This document shows positions 57,949 through 64,000 of a stretch of DNA of 64,000 nucleotides, in pieces. Source of the stretch: Candidatus Poribacteria bacterium (GTDB taxonomy: Bacteria; Poribacteria; WGA-4E; WGA-3G); the NCBI GenBank assembly GCA_963667365.1, contig OY763324.1, positions 4,606,509 to 4,670,508 on the forward strand, written 5' to 3'. Numbering within the stretch: position 1 is the first letter of the stretch; every line of letters begins with the position of its first letter. Made by a program: the position numbers and the translations under genes. The notes below the pieces were generated by a model that was not told where the DNA came from, did not search any database, and worked only from the letters and a program-made list of their open reading frames with translations.

Positions 57949-58056
57949 TAATTCCAATGTCTTGCCAATATAATACACCTGACACCCAGTTGATTTGAGG
58001 ACAATCCCGCATATTCCAAGGAATGGTGTGTACGTCGGGATTGTCCGAATATGTTA

Positions 58057-58761
58057 TTAGTAAAGTCTCTTAATTTGCCCCCATCGGATCAATTTCTGTT
58101 GTGCATTTGGATTAATCTTTGCTGTGAAAACGATATCTGGAATCCAATGATTCTGCTCAGTATAACCAAGTGGTGCCCAAGCGATTTTATTTTGTAGATG
58201 ACCGTTATCAACATCATCATAGGACAGACTAAAACCGATTGTATTACCTTTCTTTGCAATGTCACCAAGTCTAAAACTCAGTTCACAGGTTTGTCCATCA
58301 TTTCCCCATGCTACCGATGTTAATGGTGATTTTAGGACAGATTCCTCACTTCCAACAGGTATTTCATATCGGTGAAGTTCATCCTTACTTTGGGTATGGT
58401 ACTCGTCAATATGGAGGACAAGTCGATCTTCTCTAAATAGTTTAGATTGATATTTTTCAATTTGATCATCTTGTATTTTTACAGCGACATAAAGGAACCC
58501 GCTTCGCCAGACCGCTTTGAAGGATCCGGTAAAATCATAGGACTCCTGCCACTCCTGTCCCGCAACGATTTCTTGTTTGAATTTAGCTGGTAGTACATCA
58601 TCCCATACTGGATCATCAAGATAACCGTCAACGATAGGTGCAACAGGAACAAGTTCCGCGTTATATTGAAAATTTTCAAGTTTTTCGTCAATTACATGTC
58701 CTATAGCATAGGACACCAATGTCAACAAAATTACACCAATCAAAAGAATCTGTTTACGCAC
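58057..58761 (-). CDS. Secreted carbohydrate-binding family 9-like (DOMON-like) domain protein
   Basis: Signal peptide. ...PIVDGYLDDPVWDDV..., the hallmark motif of CBM9-like domains. Confidence 0.45.
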   Translation of the reverse strand: MRKQILLIGVILLTLVSYAIGHVIDEKLENFQYNAELVPVAPIVDGYLDDPVWDDVLPAKFKQEIVAGQEWQESYDFTGSFKAVWRSGFLYVAVKIQDDQIEKYQSKLFREDRLVLHIDEYHTQSKDELHRYEIPVGSEESVLKSPLTSVAWGNDGQTCELSFRLGDIAKKGNTIGFSLSYDDVDNGHLQNKIAWAPLGYTEQNHWIPDIVFTAKINPNAQQKLIRWGQIKRLY

Positions 58762-58898
58762 TATAGGATTCCTCCTTGGACATGATTGGAATTAGTATAT
58801 CATAGCCAATTTATTGTTGTCAACTTTATTTTATTCTTGGTGTTTAAACTAATATAGATACAACGCAACTAAAAGTGTAGGACGACATAACATTGATT

Positions 58899-59020
58899 CT
58901 CTGTAGGAGCAGCCTTTGGTACCGATCCAATAAATACCAAAAAGCGCATTTGGAGTTGAGTCGGAGTCGCTCCTACAGAGTGAAAAATCACATTTTAATG
59001 TGATTTCTCCAATGCGGAGA
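58899..59020. repeat. Cluster of hairpins in the ftsH upstream region: 12-bp inverted repeat ctctgtaggagc / gctcctacagag (58899-58910 / 58969-58980), 22-bp palindrome aaatcacatt-tt-aatgtgattt (58985-59006), 5-bp stem tctcc/ggaga
   Basis: Read directly from the sequence. Confidence 0.6.
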
Positions 59021-59378
59021 AACATATAATCAGAGTTCAGTATAATTACTTACAGGTATATGAACTTTCATATCTTCTAATTCAGTATGTACAAAATTTT
59101 CAACTTCATCTTACAGTTACGGAATTAGAAATTACTTGATATTTAGCATTAGAATGTGTCTTGGACAGGATTTTTTTCAAATTCAGTTGATATTCTGCTC
59201 AAAGTGTGTTATAATTTGCTCATAAGGACACTAATATATCAACAAACAGACATAAGAGAAACAAGTTAATATTTACAATGATTACGCGTTCTCAATATGA
59301 GTGCCTATCTTGGATGCTTGCCAAATTCTGCAGCATCGTAATAAGTCCATTACATTTTTAATATAGAAAACGAGGCGA

Positions 59379-61280
59379 TTGGTTGTGAACAAGAACACAA
59401 AAAACATGCTCGTGTGGTTTATTTTGGGTTTGGTCGTTGTAGTCGCTATCTACCAAATTATCAATCGAAGCGACCAAGTATACGAGATGGCAACATCCGA
59501 TTTTCATAGTTACATCGCGATGGATAAAAACCCATTTGAAGGATATCTTATTCTTGATGATGAAACGGTTGAAGGTAAGTTTCATGAATTTTTCATACCA
59601 AATATAATCAAAGAACATACTACAGAGAATATGATGTTCCCCGATAAATGGAAGGGTGAATTTAAGACAAGTCGTGACACTAACGAAGATTATGATTTAC
59701 AAGAAAAATTGGATTCAAAAGGTATTGGCTATAGAATAAAACCCAGATCAAATTTTCCAGATTGGTTACTTGTATTTGGTACTACTGTAGTTCCTTTGTT
59801 AATTTTCTTAGGTTTGATGATTTTCCTTTCCCGGCAGATGCAAGGTAGTGGTAACCGCGCGCTCTCATTCGGCAAAAGTCGTGCAAAACTACATACTGAA
59901 ACAGAAAAGAAGGTAACGTTTGAAGATGTCGCAGGGGTTGACGAAGCTAAAGATGCGCTTGAAGAGATCATCCAATTTCTCAAAGCACCAAAAAAGTTTG
60001 AACGTCTCGGTGGCACAATTCCAAAAGGTGTGTTGTTAGTCGGTCCTCCTGGAACTGGCAAAACAATGTTGGCACAAGCTGTTGCTGGCGAAGCAGATGT
60101 CCCATTTTTTAGTATCAGCGGTTCCGATTTTGTTGAAATGTTTGTTGGTGTAGGTGCTTCAAGGGTTCGTGACCTCTTTGAAACAGGAAAGAAAAACGCG
60201 CCGTGTATTATTTTCATTGATGAACTGGATGCAGTTGGTCGTCATCGTGGTGCAGGTATCGGTGGTGGACATGACGAGAGAGAACAGACGCTAAACGCGT
60301 TGCTCGTTCAGATGCAAGGATTTGAGGCATCTGAGGGTGTTATTCTGATCGCAGCCACCAACCGACCAGATGTCCTTGACCCGGCACTATTACGACCGGG
60401 AAGATTTGATCGTCAGATCATCGTAGATCTCCCAGATGTACGTGGAAGACAAGCTATTCTCGGTGTACATACCAAAGAACCATATAAACTTTGCGATGAT
60501 GTCAACTTAGAGATTTTAGCTAAAGCAACTCCCGGCTTTTCGGGAGCAGACCTGAAAAATATGGCTAACGAAGCGGCACTACTCGCCGCAAGACAAGATA
60601 AAGATACGATTGATATGAGCTGCTTTGACGAGGCTAAAGATCGTGTGATGATGGGACCTGAACGGCGCAGCTTAGTGATTAGTGATGAAGAGAGACGCAT
60701 TACTGCTTATCACGAAGCAGGACATGCCCTTATGTTACACTTTGTACCTGAAAGCGATCCTAATTATAAATGTACTATTGTGCCACGTGGTAGAGCACTC
60801 GGTGTAACAGCTAAACTCCCACTTGAAGAACGTCACAATCTCAACAAAAAAGGACTCCTTGCACATATTATATTTGCTTTGGGTGGTCGTGTCGCAGAGG
60901 AAATCATCTTCAACGAGCAAACAACCGGTGCACAAAACGATTTTGAACAAGCAACACATCTTGCACGTAGAATGGTAACACAATGGGGAATGAGTCCGTT
61001 GGGACCGTTGACCTTCGGTAGAAGAGACGAACAAGTTTTTCTTGGCAAAGAATTAGCAGTACATCAAGACTATAGCGAAGAAACCGCCATAGCAATTGAT
61101 AAAGCAGTATACGACATCGTAATGGAATGTTACGAAAGGGCGAGAGAGATTATAGAGACTAACCTTGAAGGTTTGAAAATGTTGGCAGATGCCTTGTTAG
61201 AACGTGAAACACTAATTACAGAAGAAATAGAAGATATTCTCGGACCCCGGCCACAGTTGCCTGCGAAATCCCTCACATGA
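59379..61280 (+). CDS. ftsH: ATP-dependent zinc metalloprotease FtsH (TTG at 59379 per ORF track; GTG 59385 or ATG 59406 possible)
   Basis: Two TM helices. AAA module [11 protein letters not shown]...IIFIDELDA. Zn site HEAGHAL. Confidence 0.95.
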   Translation: MVVNKNTKNMLVWFILGLVVVVAIYQIINRSDQVYEMATSDFHSYIAMDKNPFEGYLILDDETVEGKFHEFFIPNIIKEHTTENMMFPDKWKGEFKTSRDTNEDYDLQEKLDSKGIGYRIKPRSNFPDWLLVFGTTVVPLLIFLGLMIFLSRQMQGSGNRALSFGKSRAKLHTETEKKVTFEDVAGVDEAKDALEEIIQFLKAPKKFERLGGTIPKGVLLVGPPGTGKTMLAQAVAGEADVPFFSISGSDFVEMFVGVGASRVRDLFETGKKNAPCIIFIDELDAVGRHRGAGIGGGHDEREQTLNALLVQMQGFEASEGVILIAATNRPDVLDPALLRPGRFDRQIIVDLPDVRGRQAILGVHTKEPYKLCDDVNLEILAKATPGFSGADLKNMANEAALLAARQDKDTIDMSCFDEAKDRVMMGPERRSLVISDEERRITAYHEAGHALMLHFVPESDPNYKCTIVPRGRALGVTAKLPLEERHNLNKKGLLAHIIFALGGRVAEEIIFNEQTTGAQNDFEQATHLARRMVTQWGMSPLGPLTFGRRDEQVFLGKELAVHQDYSEETAIAIDKAVYDIVMECYERAREIIETNLEGLKMLADALLERETLITEEIEDILGPRPQLPAKSLT

Positions 61281-62122
61281 ACTGCAGAGGAAAACAACTC
61301 GATATTGGCAGTAGCACCCATATCATGGGTGTATTGAACGTTACTCCAGATTCATTTTCGGATGGTGGTGTTTACTTAGACCTTGATAAAGCTGTGTTGC
61401 ATGCCAAAACTATGGTTGCAGATGGAGCCACTATTATAGACATCGGTGGGGAATCGTCTCGACCAGGATCAGATCCTGTTTCAGCAGAAGTAGAAGTACA
61501 TAGGGTTTTACCGGTAATAAATGCTCTCGTTTCTGAAAAATTGGATGTATTACTTTCCATAGATACTACAAAAGCGGTTGTAGCGAAACAAGCACTTGAA
61601 GCAGGGGCACACATTATCAATGACATTACAGCACTACGCGGAGATACTGCGATGGTACAGGTCGCTGCAGAGATGGAAGCGGGTGTAATATTGATGCACA
61701 TGAAGGGAACACCGCGCACGATGCAACGTGCACCACAATACAATGATGTTGTAAAAGATGTATACGCAGAATTAGAGACTTGGATAGGTAATGCAACACG
61801 ACACGGCATTGCCCCTGACCGAGTTATTATTGACCCAGGCATCGGATTTGGTAAAACGACAAAACAGAATCTACAGATTTTAAAACACCTTGACATATTT
61901 AGAAGTCTAAACAAACCGATATTAATTGGCACATCACGCAAATCCTTTATTGGCAACCTGTTAGATGTCCCTGTAACCGAAAGGGTTGAAGGCACTCTGG
62001 CAACGGTGTGTTGGTCGATCGCACAGGGAGTAGATATTGTACGTGTTCATGATGTTAAAGCTACAACTCGTGCTGTGCGAATGACAGATGCCCTTTATCG
62101 TTATAGTGAAACCGACCTATAA
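61277..62122 (+). CDS. folP: Dihydropteroate synthase
   Basis: ...[16 protein letters not shown]...[10 protein letters not shown]... 4-nt overlap with ftsH (conserved ftsH-folP synteny). Confidence 0.9.
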   Translation: MNCRGKQLDIGSSTHIMGVLNVTPDSFSDGGVYLDLDKAVLHAKTMVADGATIIDIGGESSRPGSDPVSAEVEVHRVLPVINALVSEKLDVLLSIDTTKAVVAKQALEAGAHIINDITALRGDTAMVQVAAEMEAGVILMHMKGTPRTMQRAPQYNDVVKDVYAELETWIGNATRHGIAPDRVIIDPGIGFGKTTKQNLQILKHLDIFRSLNKPILIGTSRKSFIGNLLDVPVTERVEGTLATVCWSIAQGVDIVRVHDVKATTRAVRMTDALYRYSETDL

Positions 62123-62128
62123 AAACAG

Positions 62129-62521
62129 ATGCTTCAACAACAGATTCAAGGAATAGGTATAGATATTATTGAGGTAGAACGTATTAGACAACTTTCCCTT
62201 CGATGGGGAAGTAGGTTTGAACAACGCGTCTATACTGCTCAGGAACTTGCCTATTGTGGAGAAACGTCATCCCGTTATGGTAGGCTTGCGGCACGGTTCG
62301 CAGCAAAAGAAGCAACATTAAAAGCGCTTGGTACCGGTTTAACAGTTGGTATGTATTGGCAGGATGTGGAGATATGTGCTGATACTGCAGGCAAACCATC
62401 GCTCATATTACACGGTAAAGTTAGACAATATGCATCAGAAATCGGTGTAGTTAGTTCCTATGTGAGTCTTTCACATGCCGTAGAATATGCAATAGCACAA
62501 GTGACCCTCTGTTGCACTTAG
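62129..62521 (+). CDS. acpS: Holo-[acyl-carrier-protein] synthase
   Basis: GIGIDIIEVERIR...AARFAAKEA..KALG. 130 aa. Confidence 0.85.
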   Translation: MLQQQIQGIGIDIIEVERIRQLSLRWGSRFEQRVYTAQELAYCGETSSRYGRLAARFAAKEATLKALGTGLTVGMYWQDVEICADTAGKPSLILHGKVRQYASEIGVVSSYVSLSHAVEYAIAQVTLCCT

Positions 62522-62628
62522 GAAATACAACACTCCTACATACATAACACCTCCAATCACATTTTCAATATCATACACATGCTTACATTCATGTAAGAGT
62601 TTTTGACTATATATAGGAGTAAGTAAAA

Positions 62629-63783
62629 GTGATTAGTAGTTTAGATTATATTCTCAAATGTAAATCGTCCATTCAACACTATATTATAATGTCCTTATTT
62701 TCCATAATCGTCCTTATATTCTGTTTTTCCACATCACTTGTCGCTGCATCTGAAACACAAACAACAGCGGATGCAGATAGGTTTCTCAATCAATTGCACG
62801 GTGCTGAATATCGTGGTATGGGTGGAAGTTTTGTTGGTACTACTGGTGGTGCTAATTCTCTGGGAAACAATCCTGCTGGTATCATGTCTACTGAGGGAAA
62901 CCGATTTGTATTTCACTTTTCTCGTTTCCCACGGACAATTGCTCTTCTATCAAAACCGAATTTCAACACCACTTATGAGGACTTTAGTCGGTATGAACAA
63001 CTTGCCTCTGGAATAGAAACACTTAATTTGATATTTCCTATGGGGAAAATTGGCACTTTAGCAACAGGTTTCTCCATAGCACACGAAGGACCTTTTCGAC
63101 GCGTAAACCATGAAGGTAAAGCTCTGAACAATTTCCCAGAAAACAATCTTGCCATTGGATTCGGTTACGGTGTAAGTATCTTCGGTGGCACTGTTGTTGG
63201 AATTGATGCGAAGTGGATCCGTTCTAAGGTTACAGATGATTCACAGCAAGAGCATTTTGGTCGTGGATATGCATATAATGTTGGAGTTATTCAACAAATC
63301 GGTAAGACCTTTCAAGCAGGCATAGTCGTACGCAATTTAAGTAATGGATTGTCATTCGTAGATCCTTCCATTCCTGATAAAATAAACCGTAATGTTATAG
63401 CAGGTATTGCGTATCAACTTGATATGTCCGACACAACATTTCGTTTAGGTTTAGATGTACACCCTCCCTTTAACGATGGTGTTAGAACTAATATTGGTGT
63501 TGAGATTTGGTATAAAAACCGCATTGGTGGAAGAATTGGATTTCTTAGAGATACAGAAAGACGTTATGCATCTGTATATGTATTGGAAGATGCAGCATTT
63601 GAAAAAGAAGAACGGACATGGAAAGCTGAAGGTCTATGTATCGGAATTGGTGTGCGTTTCGGAAACATAACCCTTAATACTGCATATACACCACAGTTTA
63701 AACCGACTGGGTCGGATGATGAACGTATACGCATTGTGCAGGGTACGTCTGTTTACACTTTTTCAATCGGACAAGATTATTGA
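62629..63783 (+). CDS. FadL/PorV-like outer-membrane beta-barrel protein (paralogous to the N-terminal domain of 8253..10211)
   Basis: Signal/TM. ...GAEYRGMGGSFVGTTGGANSLGNNPAGI parallels ARAVGMGSAFTAG...WNPSSLG. C-terminal aromatic residue. Confidence 0.45.
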   Translation: MISSLDYILKCKSSIQHYIIMSLFSIIVLIFCFSTSLVAASETQTTADADRFLNQLHGAEYRGMGGSFVGTTGGANSLGNNPAGIMSTEGNRFVFHFSRFPRTIALLSKPNFNTTYEDFSRYEQLASGIETLNLIFPMGKIGTLATGFSIAHEGPFRRVNHEGKALNNFPENNLAIGFGYGVSIFGGTVVGIDAKWIRSKVTDDSQQEHFGRGYAYNVGVIQQIGKTFQAGIVVRNLSNGLSFVDPSIPDKINRNVIAGIAYQLDMSDTTFRLGLDVHPPFNDGVRTNIGVEIWYKNRIGGRIGFLRDTERRYASVYVLEDAAFEKEERTWKAEGLCIGIGVRFGNITLNTAYTPQFKPTGSDDERIRIVQGTSVYTFSIGQDY

Positions 63784-63893
63784 AAAAATTGTATGTATTG
63801 ATATTGTATCATGAACGTATATTTTAAATGCGTACTCACTTAGGGATGTATGAGTTCTTTATATGAATTACGTATGAAGGTCTCTAAATGTAA

Positions 63894-64000
63894 ATGATGT
63901 CAGATGAATACAACACAATAGTTGGTATTGCATCAGCCAAACATGTTGTAAAGAAATCTCGTTTTTTTGGCGAAGCAACTGCAATAGATAATCGTGAAGA
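63894..64000 (+). CDS. yigZ: IMPACT/YigZ-family protein, 5' partial (runs off the window)
   Basis: MMSDEYNTIVGIASAKHVVKKSRFFGEATAIDNRE fits the YigZ N-terminus (...I.KSRF.a.a). Confidence 0.45.
   Translation, partial: MMSDEYNTIVGIASAKHVVKKSRFFGEATAIDNRE

Overview
This 64-kb window looks like chromosomal DNA from a Gram-negative, probably PVC-like bacterium. The evidence for that is the Planctomycete-type PSCyt/DUF1501 gene pair and a UBact-type Pup homologue.

Layout from left to right:

- (i) 1-8.1 kb is a low-GC accessory / defence-mobile island. It holds an N6-adenine methyltransferase/RM gene split in frame by an intact IS5-family (IS427-group) insertion sequence, an IS5 transposase fragment, an intact type II RM pair (methyltransferase plus a small PD-ExK endonuclease), a tandem hairpin repeat with a degraded TnpB remnant, three tandem 49-bp consensus sigma70 promoters, and a lysine-rich three-gene module ending in a phage terminase-large-subunit-like ATPase/nuclease.
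- (ii) 8-14 kb is housekeeping: a FadL/PorV-like outer-membrane protein with a SPOR domain, an amidohydrolase, acetate kinase, and a decayed UPF0175/DUF3368 toxin-antitoxin pair.
- (iii) 14-30.5 kb, all on the minus strand: tricorn protease, a PSCyt cytochrome-c protein, a WD40 protein, DUF1501, and a complete Pup/UBact-proteasome operon (mpa-dop-pup-prcB-prcA-pafA).
- (iv) 30.5-35.3 kb is an AT-rich island carrying one giant 1154-aa orphan ORF with primase-like, Zn-ribbon and wHTH features, flanked by about 650-700 bp of non-coding DNA on each side that contain palindromes and direct repeats.
- (v) 35-37.8 kb: rplM-rpsI, purA, tRNA-Lys, tRNA-Glu.
- (vi) 37.8-48.4 kb is a redox-themed minus-strand cluster: a 4x[4Fe-4S] protein, two 800-aa tandem paralogs (novel repeat plus double thioredoxin fold) with a deletion remnant of a third copy, three tandem 7Fe-type ferredoxins, two paralogous repeat proteins, and an ECF sigma factor.
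- (vii) 48.7-64 kb: paralogous secreted or lipoproteins, rhodanese-DoxX, ftsH-folP-acpS, another FadL-like protein, and a partial yigZ.

No CRISPR array or rRNA was seen.
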